A stretch of DNA of 16,000 bases. It comes from Neptuniibacter sp. QD29_5. Its GTDB lineage: Bacteria > Pseudomonadota > Gammaproteobacteria > Pseudomonadales > Balneatricaceae. Under the pieces are notes generated by a model. The model was not told the origin of the DNA and made no database searches. It saw nothing but the letters and a program-made list of their open reading frames with translations. The stretch spans positions 2,373,231 to 2,389,230 of the forward strand of contig NZ_CP180556.1 in NCBI RefSeq assembly GCF_047778125.1, read 5' to 3'. The translations under genes were made by a program, and so were the position numbers. Positions 1 to 8,379 of this stretch are shown here, piece by piece. Every line of letters begins with the position of its first letter. Within the stretch, counting starts at the first letter, position 1.

Positions 1-647
1 GCTTAAAGCGCCTGTCACAGCAGATTCACCCCATTTTAATCTCTGATCACGCTTGCTTTACTTGGAGTCATTTAAATGGGAAATCAGTGCACGCAGGAGA
101 TCTTTTACCGCTTGAGTTTACGCAAGCAAGCCTAAAGGTTATGGCGGATAATATTGATCAAATACAACAACTACTCGGTCGGCAAATCCTAGTAGAAAAC
201 TTGTCCGCATATATTACTTTTCCACATTCACAAATGAGCGAAACGGAATTTCTCTCACAATTAGTACACTTGACCGGTTGTGGGCTGTTATTGGATCTGA
301 ATAACTTACTTGTTAATGCTCATAATTTCAGTGAACACCCCGCTTTAACTAATGCTGAAGACTGGATAGCTCAAATTCCCATAAACGCCGTAGGTGAAAT
401 TCACCTAGCAGGCTATACCTCGATTAAGCAAGGTGAATTGATCATTGATGATCATAGCCAGCCCGTATCAGACGAATGTTGGGCGTTATACCAAAGCACA
501 TTGCAATTAACAGGTCCGGTTACAACCTTGATTGAATGGGATAACGATCTACCCTCCTGGCATGCACTATTAGCACAAGCAGAATACGCAAAATCAATCA
601 TGCAAAATATCACTCTTCCAAAAGAGGAGTTTGCCCATGCTATCTGA
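1..647 (+). CDS. DUF692 / MNIO-family (MbnB/BufB-like) non-heme iron enzyme, 5'-truncated by the window edge
   Basis: The frame is open from base 3 (LKRLSQQIHPILISDHACFTWSH...), so the track's Met at 87 is internal. Motifs ISDH.C, VENLS, IHLAGY, IDDH and IEWDND fit the TIM-barrel DUF692 family. It is followed by DUF2063 and DoxX genes, the usual partners. Confidence 0.85.
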   Translation, partial: LKRLSQQIHPILISDHACFTWSHLNGKSVHAGDLLPLEFTQASLKVMADNIDQIQQLLGRQILVENLSAYITFPHSQMSETEFLSQLVHLTGCGLLLDLNNLLVNAHNFSEHPALTNAEDWIAQIPINAVGEIHLAGYTSIKQGELIIDDHSQPVSDECWALYQSTLQLTGPVTTLIEWDNDLPSWHALLAQAEYAKSIMQNITLPKEEFAHAI

Positions 648-1419
648 ACGCACTGCTTTAGATAACCGCCAAGCAGCACTTATCAATATGATATTCAGCG
701 GCATTCAGTCTTCCACCGAACATCCATTCCACCCTGAGGAACAAGGAATTCAAATCTATAGGAACAACCTATTAATTACCGCAACCAGAGCCCTGTGTAT
801 GAACTATCCAGTAATTGAAAAAATGCTTGGACCTAAGACCATGGGGCTTTTAACTCAGCAGCTTCTAGAGATAGAACTACCTAACAGCGGTGACTGGGCG
901 GACTTTGGTAAAAGCTTACCAGCTCTAATAAATAAAGGCCCTTTGCATCAAGAACATCCTTATTTGGAAACAACCGCAAAGCTTGAATGGCATTTAAAGC
1001 AAGCGGCAAGAAGCACAGTAACAAATCTTGATATTGCTTCACTTTCTCACCTCTCCGACACCGACTTAGGCACTGTTTATATCCAACTAGGAGAAAATAT
1101 AAACCTGCTTACAAGTGCCATTAGAGTTGATGAGCTTTGGCGACTCCATCAGCCAGGCAGAAATAAAGACTTACTTAACAGTGAAAACCTATTAACTGTT
1201 CTCATACCTCAAGATAAACCGTACTGGTTTGTGATCTACCAAAAAGACCATCTTCCCTGCATCAAATCAATCTCTGAAGCAGAGTATCGATGGTTCTCAG
1301 CCATACAATCTGGCCACAGCCTTTCTGATCTTCTAGAGCAATTCCATCAGTTTGACTTTAGCCAATGGTTATCTGAAGCCATTGAACAACAATGGCTAAA
1401 AAAACTCAGCAAACGATAA
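631..1419 (+). CDS. DUF2063 domain protein (BufC-like partner of MNIO enzymes)
   Basis: The N-terminal motif IQIYRNNLLITATRALCMNYPVIEKMLG...PNSGDW matches the DUF2063 signature (VYRNN...YPV...LG...SGD). The track start at 631 is a TTG one base after the SD AGGAG (625-629). ATG at 637 has 7-nt spacing and is the more likely start. Either start overlaps the upstream stop (645-647), suggesting translational coupling. Confidence 0.8.
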   Translation: MPMLSERTALDNRQAALINMIFSGIQSSTEHPFHPEEQGIQIYRNNLLITATRALCMNYPVIEKMLGPKTMGLLTQQLLEIELPNSGDWADFGKSLPALINKGPLHQEHPYLETTAKLEWHLKQAARSTVTNLDIASLSHLSDTDLGTVYIQLGENINLLTSAIRVDELWRLHQPGRNKDLLNSENLLTVLIPQDKPYWFVIYQKDHLPCIKSISEAEYRWFSAIQSGHSLSDLLEQFHQFDFSQWLSEAIEQQWLKKLSKR

Positions 1420-1434
1420 GATAAGGAGCTCACA

Positions 1435-1914
1435 ATGATTCACTGGATTAGAAGCACATACCAAAATTATTTAGACCACGAAAAAGTACTCAATAAAGTT
1501 CATATAGTGGCATCTATATTTTCTCGGTTTTACATAGCCCAAATATTTTTCAATGCGGGTTTAACCAAAATACAGGATTGGGACACTACGCTATTTCTTT
1601 TTGAAGAGGAATATCAAGTACCTTTCCTGTCATTTGAACTAGCTGCTGTTCTTGGAACCATGAGCGAGCTAATTCTTCCCATCTTATTATTTACAGGATT
1701 ATTAACTCGCGTTGCAGCCATAGGACTATTTATCGTAAACCTTGTCGCTGTCATTAGCCTGATCGAAATAGCGCCAGCCGCACTTTATTTGCACTACATT
1801 TGGGGCCTTCTTCTAACTCACATCATCATTTACGGTTCCGGCCCTATTGCACTCGACAATGTGGTCCGAAGAATAAATCCGAAAATGCACATGAATAAAG
1901 AAATACTCACCTAG
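1435..1914 (+). CDS. DoxX-family integral membrane protein
   Basis: It has about four hydrophobic helices. The motif RFYIAQIFFNAGLTKIQDW...ELILPILLFTGLLTRVAAIGL is typical of DoxX. SD AAGGAG lies at 1423-1428, 6 nt before the ATG. It is the third gene of the DUF692-DUF2063-DoxX set. Confidence 0.8.
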   Translation: MIHWIRSTYQNYLDHEKVLNKVHIVASIFSRFYIAQIFFNAGLTKIQDWDTTLFLFEEEYQVPFLSFELAAVLGTMSELILPILLFTGLLTRVAAIGLFIVNLVAVISLIEIAPAALYLHYIWGLLLTHIIIYGSGPIALDNVVRRINPKMHMNKEILT

Positions 1915-1928
1915 AACAAGCTAGGCTC

Positions 1929-1956
1929 AGAGGAAGTCAAATTTTAGGCTTCCTCT
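1929..1956 (+). terminator. Hairpin after DoxX gene, putative operon terminator
   Basis: agaggaagtc / ggcttcctct form a 10-bp stem (one G-U pair) with an 8-nt loop (aaatttta). The following T-tract is weak (cttatat). Confidence 0.45.
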
Positions 1957-1999
1957 TATATCCCTACCCAGAACTAATCCATTAGACAGGTAAAAAATT

Positions 2000-2332
2000 A
2001 TGCCGATAGACAGTAGGAGTAACTTTAAAAGTGTAGCCCCTTTCGACAACAGTAAGTTGGCTATAATGAGTCCAAATCAACAACAAAGACTACGGGATTT
2101 ACAAATAAATGTTGGGCAAAAATTAGTAATTAAAAATGGTTTGGAGATCATCGCTTCTTTCAGTACAAATGGCTGGCGCCACTTTAGAAATGCTGATGAT
2201 GTAAAGCACAGCTATTCTTTAATGACCGATCTAGAGTTAGTCGAAAAGCTAAAAGAAAAATACGGTAATTCACTCTCTATTTTTGAATACCCAAGGAATG
2301 AAAGACCGACGCTCGCCGAGGTTTACAAATAG
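2000..2332 (+). CDS. Hypothetical protein, 110 aa, no recognised family
   Basis: The call rests on an open frame with codon usage similar to its neighbours. The SD is weak and an internal ATG at 2066 is an alternative start. I recognise no motif. Confidence 0.45.
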   Translation: MPIDSRSNFKSVAPFDNSKLAIMSPNQQQRLRDLQINVGQKLVIKNGLEIIASFSTNGWRHFRNADDVKHSYSLMTDLELVEKLKEKYGNSLSIFEYPRNERPTLAEVYK

Positions 2333-2359
2333 TACGTAATCTCTATTTATTAGGGCTAC

Positions 2360-3583
2360 CTATGTATCTACTCGAACCTGATTTCGGCCTTCTGACTTCG
2401 CAATATATAAGGCCTTATCAGCTCGGCATAAAAACGCTTGGCTATCCTCACCCGAAATATATTCTGCAACACCAAAACTTGCTGTAATCACTAAATTCGG
2501 TTCACCTTCATATGCTCCTATATCCAGTCTGATCTTTTCTGCTAGAACTGTAGCTCCTTGTTGATCAGAGTGAGGGCAGATAATAAGGAACTCCTCCCCA
2601 CCCCAACGACCGACAATATCACTCGCACGTACTCCCTTTTTAATTAAATGAGCGGTAGCAACAATGACATCATCTCCTGTTTTATGCCCGTATGTGTCAT
2701 TTATCATTTTGAAATGATCCAAATCGCACATAATTACAGACAATGGTTTTTGATAGCGTTTTACACGCTCTATTTCAAAAAGCATTGCATCATCTAGCTT
2801 CCTTCGATTATGTAAACCTGTCAGTTGGTCAGTAACTGCTAACTTACTGATCTCATCAGTCGCCTCTAAAATCCTTTTTTGCATACGTCCAAACTCTACA
2901 AAGAGTTCACCGATTTCATCATCTCTCACTACATTGGGAATTAGATCATTTCTCACCTTTTCTAAGTTAGAAAAATTTTTCAGCCGTTCTTCAAGTTTTA
3001 GTATCGGATTCAAAACTAACCACCACAGCACAGCCATGGTGCTTAAAGTCACGAAGGCTGAAATGATAAGAACCAACCCCGCAATACGAAACACATACAT
3101 TCGTAATTCAGTATTTATAAACTCTACATCTAACCTCATGGTGATCTGACGACTGCCAACTTCCGGAACGTCTAAAAGCCATTGAATATCTAATTTCATA
3201 TTCTCTCGCTGGTAATAACTAGAACGACGTAAAGTTAAATTTGAAATCGAGTCCCCCTCCTCTAAGTCACCAAAATTAATCTTTGACTGTTCGTTCTCTT
3301 CAAGTCTAAAACCAAGAATATTATCCATGGAGAGAGAAGCGGTTAGCTGTTCAATTGAGCTCAGATCGAAAGGAATAGACCGTTGAGAAAAAATATTATT
3401 GACGACAAGATCAGCCAACTGCTCTTGCTTATAAACCAGCTCACTTTCACGTTTAAGGTAGGATGGGACAAGAACAAGGATTTCTATGACAATAAGAGAT
3501 AAGAAAACAAAAAAGGCTATTTTTCGGGCAAGTTTAGATTGTAAGGCCGCAAGCAAGGACGCTACAAAACTATTCCTTTCCAT
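2360..3583 (-). CDS. Membrane-bound diguanylate cyclase (GGDEF domain) with an uncharacterised periplasmic sensor region
   Basis: Two TM segments (about aa 20-42 and 165-190) flank a loop of about 120 aa, followed by a coiled linker. The GGDEF domain carries DQLTGLHNRR, an intact GGEEF active site, and an RxxD I-site (RASD) five residues upstream of GGEEF. Confidence 0.9.
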   Translation of the reverse strand: MERNSFVASLLAALQSKLARKIAFFVFLSLIVIEILVLVPSYLKRESELVYKQEQLADLVVNNIFSQRSIPFDLSSIEQLTASLSMDNILGFRLEENEQSKINFGDLEEGDSISNLTLRRSSYYQRENMKLDIQWLLDVPEVGSRQITMRLDVEFINTELRMYVFRIAGLVLIISAFVTLSTMAVLWWLVLNPILKLEERLKNFSNLEKVRNDLIPNVVRDDEIGELFVEFGRMQKRILEATDEISKLAVTDQLTGLHNRRKLDDAMLFEIERVKRYQKPLSVIMCDLDHFKMINDTYGHKTGDDVIVATAHLIKKGVRASDIVGRWGGEEFLIICPHSDQQGATVLAEKIRLDIGAYEGEPNLVITASFGVAEYISGEDSQAFLCRADKALYIAKSEGRNQVRVDT

Positions 3584-3732
3584 TTACAAGTGCCCTCTAC
3601 AGATGCCTACAGTGGGTGTTATAAATCTATGATATTCAGACGGTTAGTATAGTCTATTCAGCTGTTGTGCTATGATTTTCTAGATCCTGATATCTAACCA
3701 TTAACACTATAACCAATTTAACACTTACCTCA

Positions 3733-4536
3733 TCAATGCGGGCCAAGTCTACGAGTAAGCGTATTTAATAATGGGTAATATTCTGGGTCGGATGAGATAT
3801 TATTGTGCCCAGCATGATCAAACTCATAGATAGTCGCTACATCATCGGAAAAACTGCTGAATAATTTCATCGTACTCTCTTCAGGTATCACAGCGTCCTC
3901 CCCTGCAAGTAGAATAGCGGTTTTTGATTTGACCGCAGGAGCATAGTGCCAAGATAAGTATTTATCTTTGAGTAACAACGATACAGGGAGTCCCCAATAG
4001 CGCTCACTCGCTACGTCCTCAATGCTACTGTAAGGCGTTATCAAGATAAGTTGCTTAGGAAATTTTTCAGCTGCCAATCGTGTAGCGATACCTGTTCCTA
4101 AGCTTCTCCCCATCAGCACCATTTCAGTATTACCCTTGGCAACGTGTTCATACAACACTAGAGCATCTTGATAAATGGGCTCTTCTCGTGGATAACCATC
4201 ACTACCATACCCCCTGTAATGCATGAGATATAAAGAGTGTTCAGGGAAAGTTTGCTTAAACTTAACTAGGCGTTGCGAAACATCTTCAGCATTACCCCCA
4301 AAATAGATAAGCGCTTTATCACTGTTCCTCTTTTCAAAAGTCACAACAGTATGACCCACTTCTGTCGGGATCAGCAGAGTATGCTCTTCACTATTAATTT
4401 TCCGTTCTTGAGGGAAATAGAGGAGGTTTTCTTGATTAAAGTAAAGAACTGCGCAAATCAGTATGTAACCAAAGCCACCTAAAAATAATAATTTTAAGAC
4501 TGCTTTTTTCATATTTTTAAACTCGTAATACGACAT
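3733..4536 (-). CDS. Alpha/beta hydrolase (BEM46/ABHD13-like), N-terminal membrane anchor
   Basis: It has an N-terminal TM helix, a LLYFPQ motif, the nucleophile elbow GRSLG, and a C-terminal DHAGHNN carrying the catalytic His. Neither ATG 4536 nor the internal ATG at 4512 (MKKAVLKLL...) has a clear SD, so the start is uncertain. Confidence 0.8.
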   Translation of the reverse strand: MSYYEFKNMKKAVLKLLFLGGFGYILICAVLYFNQENLLYFPQERKINSEEHTLLIPTEVGHTVVTFEKRNSDKALIYFGGNAEDVSQRLVKFKQTFPEHSLYLMHYRGYGSDGYPREEPIYQDALVLYEHVAKGNTEMVLMGRSLGTGIATRLAAEKFPKQLILITPYSSIEDVASERYWGLPVSLLLKDKYLSWHYAPAVKSKTAILLAGEDAVIPEESTMKLFSSFSDDVATIYEFDHAGHNNISSDPEYYPLLNTLTRRLGPH

Positions 4537-4693
4537 CCAAGCAGATTATGTAGCAAATTCTAAGATGGCTGTTTCAATCAACCTAACATTTTCTGCCAAT
4601 ACACCACTGCCTAATACCAATAATCTCTGGGGTCCCATATTCAACTTCTCGCCTACTGTAGTTTACTCTACACCTATATCTTCAAGCTCACTA

Positions 4694-4984
4694 TCAAGCT
4701 ATTCGTTGCCTTGAAGCCCACTCTATATGACGTTGTATTTTCGTTGCACCTAATAAAAGCTCCAACGTATAAAACTCTTTAGCCAAAGTCATCTCATCAA
4801 ATGATCGATGTACCGCATCATGACAGCAACGGCAAATATGAATACCAAGATTCAATTCCTTGCGACTATAACGCTTCGAGAAATAGGAACGTCTATGCAT
4901 CTTTTTTGGAATCAGATGATGGAACGTTAACGACAATGTTCGTTTACATAAAGGGCATTCAGCCACAAGACTCTTCACTAACAC
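4694..4984 (-). CDS. Small HNH-nuclease-like / zinc-ribbon protein (YisB-like)
   Basis: The motif CPLC...FHHLIPK...CRCCHDAVH gives a CxxC...HH...CxxCH..H arrangement. The track start at 4984 is a GTG fused to the SD. The GTG at 4978 sits 5 nt after AGGAG and is the more likely start (94 aa). Confidence 0.65.
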   Translation of the reverse strand: MLVKSLVAECPLCKRTLSLTFHHLIPKKMHRRSYFSKRYSRKELNLGIHICRCCHDAVHRSFDEMTLAKEFYTLELLLGATKIQRHIEWASRQRIA

Positions 4985-5100
4985 TCCTCACTTATCTATA
5001 GCGTTTCTACTTTTACCACTTTTTCAGCAAGACAGATCAATTCTAAAAAGATCTGCCTCTACAGCCCCCGCGTAAGATCAGTAATACAAAAAGGTGATCT

Positions 5101-6303
5101 ATGAATGATTTTACTAATTTGAAGCTGCAACCAAGTATTAACAATATATCTGAAGCAACCGCATTGGATATTTACAGTCAGCAGCTTGCGCAATTTGATC
5201 TGTTATCCATTGAGGGTGAAAGATCATTAGGTAAAAAAATCAATGCTGAGATGGCTAAAATCATTTCTGAAATTTGCCATCTCCCTCAAGGGCTTGAACG
5301 ACTTTCTGAAGTATTAGAAAACTATCTACATATTTATCAAGGTGCTGACGGTAAAGCGACTAAACGTTGGAAGTACGATCCTGAGCCTAGCTACATAGCT
5401 AACATCACATCAACATTAATCGACACGCTTGAAGTGATGTTATTTTTAAATGAAAAATCAAAGGAAAGAGCACATATCCAAAGTAACTTAATTGCCCTTT
5501 TACAAAGTCTTTCACTTGGCAGGCAACAAATCATAGAAATAGCTGAGCAGTTTGCAGGTCAGCAAAAAAACCTTAAAGGACATATTCAAAATTACTTGAA
5601 GCTTAGATGTGAGCTTGTAGAAAAAAATTTACGCTTGGTTTACACCGTTGCAGGACGATTCAACAGTAGCGGTGTTAGTTATGATGACCTAATACAAGAA
5701 GGTAATGTAGGCCTGCTTAAAGCCGCTGATCGGTTTAATTTCAATAAAGCTTTTCGATTCTCAACTTATGCATTCTGGTGCATACAGAATGTTTTAAAAA
5801 CTGCGTTGCAAAAGCGTTATCACACCATTTCAAGACCCAGTTACCTCCAAGAAAAGCTCAGTATTATCAAAAAGGCTAGAGCCAAATTTGTCAGTAAACA
5901 TGAACGACAACCCACACTAAAGGAGCTTGCATCTTTAAGCGGCATCCCAGTAACAACTTTAGCGAAGATAAACACATTTCCTACTGAACCCCTATCGCTT
6001 AATCAAGGAATAGGTACAGAAAGCGACAGTACTCTATTAGAAGAGATCGTAGCTGACACCACAAAAGAAACTGACCTGTTTTCTGAGCAACAACTAAAGC
6101 GCAAACTTTTAGATCGTATCTGTAGAAAACTCACAATACGTGAGTACCTCGTACTCAAACTTCGCTTTGGTATAGATGCTCGACGAGAACACACTCTGGA
6201 AGAGATCTCACACCAGTTAAATGTAAGCGTGGAGCGAGTCAGACAAATGCAAAAAAATGCTCTAGTAAAACTACAAAATCACGAAGAACTAAATACCCAG
6301 TGA
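5101..6303 (+). CDS. Sigma-70-family RNA polymerase sigma factor, atypical 400-aa form with a region 1.2-like segment, a long insert, and regions 2-4
   Basis: Region 2 is NLRLVYTVAGRF...DLIQEGNVGLLKAADRFNFNKAFRFSTYAFWCIQ. Region 3 is around PTLKELASLSGIP. The region 4.2 HTH is HTLEEISHQLNVSVERVRQMQKNALVKLQ. SD AAGGTGA lies upstream of the ATG. Confidence 0.9.
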   Translation: MNDFTNLKLQPSINNISEATALDIYSQQLAQFDLLSIEGERSLGKKINAEMAKIISEICHLPQGLERLSEVLENYLHIYQGADGKATKRWKYDPEPSYIANITSTLIDTLEVMLFLNEKSKERAHIQSNLIALLQSLSLGRQQIIEIAEQFAGQQKNLKGHIQNYLKLRCELVEKNLRLVYTVAGRFNSSGVSYDDLIQEGNVGLLKAADRFNFNKAFRFSTYAFWCIQNVLKTALQKRYHTISRPSYLQEKLSIIKKARAKFVSKHERQPTLKELASLSGIPVTTLAKINTFPTEPLSLNQGIGTESDSTLLEEIVADTTKETDLFSEQQLKRKLLDRICRKLTIREYLVLKLRFGIDARREHTLEEISHQLNVSVERVRQMQKNALVKLQNHEELNTQ

Positions 6304-6323
6304 GTCTTATGAAAACCACATCA

Positions 6324-6740
6324 CTAAAATAGGCCACTGATGATAAGAGAAGTGCCCGCAACAATAGAAAGATGGGATCTTAATTTCCAGAATATCTTGG
6401 GATAGATGCTAACTAAACTTCTCATCTCATATAACCAGAGCACAAAGAAAGATACACCGGCCACAAAAAGCGTATGTGGTAAGGGATAGACTAACCAGCT
6501 CCATGCCCACAACATAGCCATAATCGCTACCCATGTTTGATGTTTAGCAGTGCCAATAGCCATGGAAGCAAACCAGATCACTCCACCAAGAAATGAATAA
6601 ATGAGCGCAGCATAACTTAACAGCCATTCATCAAATGGAGCTCCCTTTTCAACAGAGAGGATTGCTAATCCAACAAATGGTATTAATCCGAAATAGCCAA
6701 ACAATCGGTGAGTATTTGAAAGAGTAAAGCTTATAGACAT
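6324..6740 (-). CDS. Small integral membrane protein, DUF3429-like
   Basis: It has four predicted TM helices. GLIPF...YAALIYSFLGGVIW resembles the DUF3429 signature. The family call is from memory of that motif only. Confidence 0.55.
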   Translation of the reverse strand: MSISFTLSNTHRLFGYFGLIPFVGLAILSVEKGAPFDEWLLSYAALIYSFLGGVIWFASMAIGTAKHQTWVAIMAMLWAWSWLVYPLPHTLFVAGVSFFVLWLYEMRSLVSIYPKIFWKLRSHLSIVAGTSLIISGLF

Positions 6741-6890
6741 AGTAAATAGATCCCAAAATGCAATGATGTGATAGATAATTAATCAACGTAAGGGGCTTAC
6801 TGAATCTACGTAGCGAACATACTAACCGATCAATATAGGACTGCGCTAAGCCGCTATAAACTGGATTATTATGTTACGGCTATGGTGTAA

Positions 6891-6925
6891 CAAAAACGAA
6901 AAAAGGGAGATCACAGCGATCTCCC
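6891..6925 (-). terminator. Rho-independent terminator, read on the minus strand
   Basis: The minus strand reads gggagatc-gctgt-gatctccc followed by ttttttcgtttttg. It lies 187 nt downstream of the hmp stop and is the only convincing terminator between hmp and the next gene. Confidence 0.7.
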
Positions 6926-7111
6926 GAAACACGCTAAGAAGAACCTTAGCCTGAGGTGGGGATGAATAAAAATACCCGCCAGTTAACCCGCTCTACTTGA
7001 GGGAGATAGAGCGAGTTTCAGTTTTAACCGATCATGCTGATGCAAAGCGATGTGACATCATCAACACGACCGACTGGCAGCAAAACCCTGGCGAGCAGAA
7101 CTTTTTAGCTA

Positions 7112-8317
7112 TTACAGAGTTGAGCTTGGTCCAAACACTTCGTAGTGAAGCTGCTCTTCAGGAACATTTAAACCTGTTAACTGTTGATGGATAGCATGCA
7201 TAAATGGCAGTGGTCCACAGAAGAAGAAATCTGCATCAAGTGAACAGTACTGCTTAATTTTGTCAGCAGTAATATAGCCATGATGGTCATAATCTTTGCC
7301 TTTTTCTGCACCGTAAATATCTTCATAGAAAGTAGCAGTAGAAAGATTCGACAGATCATTTTTCAGCATGTTGATATGTCCACCAAATGCATGCACATCT
7401 TTGGAACGGGTACCGTGCAACCAGCTAATTTTTCGAGAATCTCGTTTTAAAATAAGCTCATTAAGCATACCTAATACGGGCGTGATACCCACACCTCCGC
7501 TAATCAGTACAACAGGCCTGTCATTGTCTTTTACAAAGAACTCACCACCAGGCATATGAACAGGAACGATATCCCCCTCTTCGACTTTGCTATGTAGATG
7601 ATTAGACACCAAACCATCCGGCGTATTTTCATCACCACTGGTTTCTGCTTTTACCGAAATGCGATACACATCTTCACTATGAGCGTCAGATAAACTGTAC
7701 TGACGGATCTCGGTAAACTCTAAATCGGGATCATTAATCTTCACGCTGATAAACTGACCCGCTTTATATTTAGGTAACGGCTTGTCATCTAAAGGGGCCA
7801 GATAGAAAGAGGTGATTTCGCTACTCTCTTTTACCTTCTTCACTACACTAAAGTTTTTAAATCCTAACCAGCCTTGGTTATCTTGCGAGCTGTCATACAG
7901 ATTAGCTTCCGCACCGATTAAGATACTGGCTAATAACTCATAAGCTTCAGCCCAAGCGTCGATCACTTCATTAGTGGCGATGTCCTCACCTAAGACTTCA
8001 CGAATCGCTTTTAGTAGATTCCGACCTACGATCGGGTAATGTTCTGGCTGAACATCCAAACTAAAGTGTTTAGCCGCAATACGGTGAACTTCTGGCCCAA
8101 TGGCTTCCAATTTATCTATATGCGCTGCATAAGAGAGAATCGATGATGCTAGCGTTGATTGCTGGCGACCGTTGGCTTGGCTCACCATGTTAAAAACATT
8201 TTTAAGCTCCGGATTTTCTTCAAATAACAGACCATAAAAGTGCTTGGTCAGGTCAGTACCTACTTCTTGAATAAGCGGAACAGTTGATTTCACGATGGCT
8301 ATTGATGTTGGGTTCAC
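7112..8317 (-). CDS. hmp: Flavohemoglobin / nitric oxide dioxygenase
   Basis: The protein is collinear with E. coli Hmp. The globin N-terminus is VKSTVPLIQEVG..LTKHFY...NPELKNVFNM. The FAD/NAD reductase half carries RQYSLS, LISGGVGITP and a C-terminal HYEVFGP. The start is GTG at 8317, 8 nt after SD AAGAGG. Confidence 0.95.
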   Translation of the reverse strand: MNPTSIAIVKSTVPLIQEVGTDLTKHFYGLLFEENPELKNVFNMVSQANGRQQSTLASSILSYAAHIDKLEAIGPEVHRIAAKHFSLDVQPEHYPIVGRNLLKAIREVLGEDIATNEVIDAWAEAYELLASILIGAEANLYDSSQDNQGWLGFKNFSVVKKVKESSEITSFYLAPLDDKPLPKYKAGQFISVKINDPDLEFTEIRQYSLSDAHSEDVYRISVKAETSGDENTPDGLVSNHLHSKVEEGDIVPVHMPGGEFFVKDNDRPVVLISGGVGITPVLGMLNELILKRDSRKISWLHGTRSKDVHAFGGHINMLKNDLSNLSTATFYEDIYGAEKGKDYDHHGYITADKIKQYCSLDADFFFCGPLPFMHAIHQQLTGLNVPEEQLHYEVFGPSSTL

Positions 8318-8342
8318 AACTAATACCTCTTTGCCGTCTCTT

Positions 8343-8365
8343 TAAATGTATTTTTAAAACATCTT
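8343..8365. promoter_or_regulatory. NsrR-type operator candidate (box 1), proximal to hmp
   Basis: The minus strand reads AAGATGTTTTA-A-AAATACATTTA. That matches 18/22 of the gammaproteobacterial NsrR 11-1-11 inverted repeat as I remember it (AAGATGyATTT-N-AAATrCATCTT). It lies 26-48 bp upstream of the hmp start and overlaps a candidate -10 (TAAGAT, 8361-8366 on the minus strand). Confidence 0.6.
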
Positions 8366-8379
8366 ATAGACGGATCATT

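Noticed and set aside
452-679. 75-aa minus-strand ORF inside the DUF692 gene. The same applies to the other short ORFs antisense to strong genes: 2934-3149, 4273-4482, 4801-5001, 6003-6194, 7177-7359, 7368-7559, 9796-9993, 9990-10226, 14160-14369 and 15246-15476.
   Set aside because: Each lies wholly or largely within a longer ORF on the opposite strand that has clear family motifs. Their translations are low-complexity or Ser/Leu/Arg-rich, as expected for antisense frames. None has a convincing SD.
4565-4714. 49-aa Ser/Pro/Asn-rich plus-strand ORF in the gap between the hydrolase and HNH genes
   Set aside because: Its composition is low-complexity and its SD is poor. It overlaps the HNH gene 3' end on the opposite strand. 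It is probably chance.
4694-6303. HNH protein plus sigma factor considered as a phage-defence or mobile-element module
   Set aside because: No partner genes typical of defence systems or mobile elements (ATPase, methylase, integrase, transposase, terminal repeats) are visible in the flanks. The pairing alone is insufficient.
6997-7194. 65-aa plus-strand ORF in the hmp 3' region
   Set aside because: It starts at TTG with no SD. Its last 83 nt overlap the hmp 3' end on the opposite strand, and it has no recognisable motif. The region is better treated as the hmp 3' UTR.
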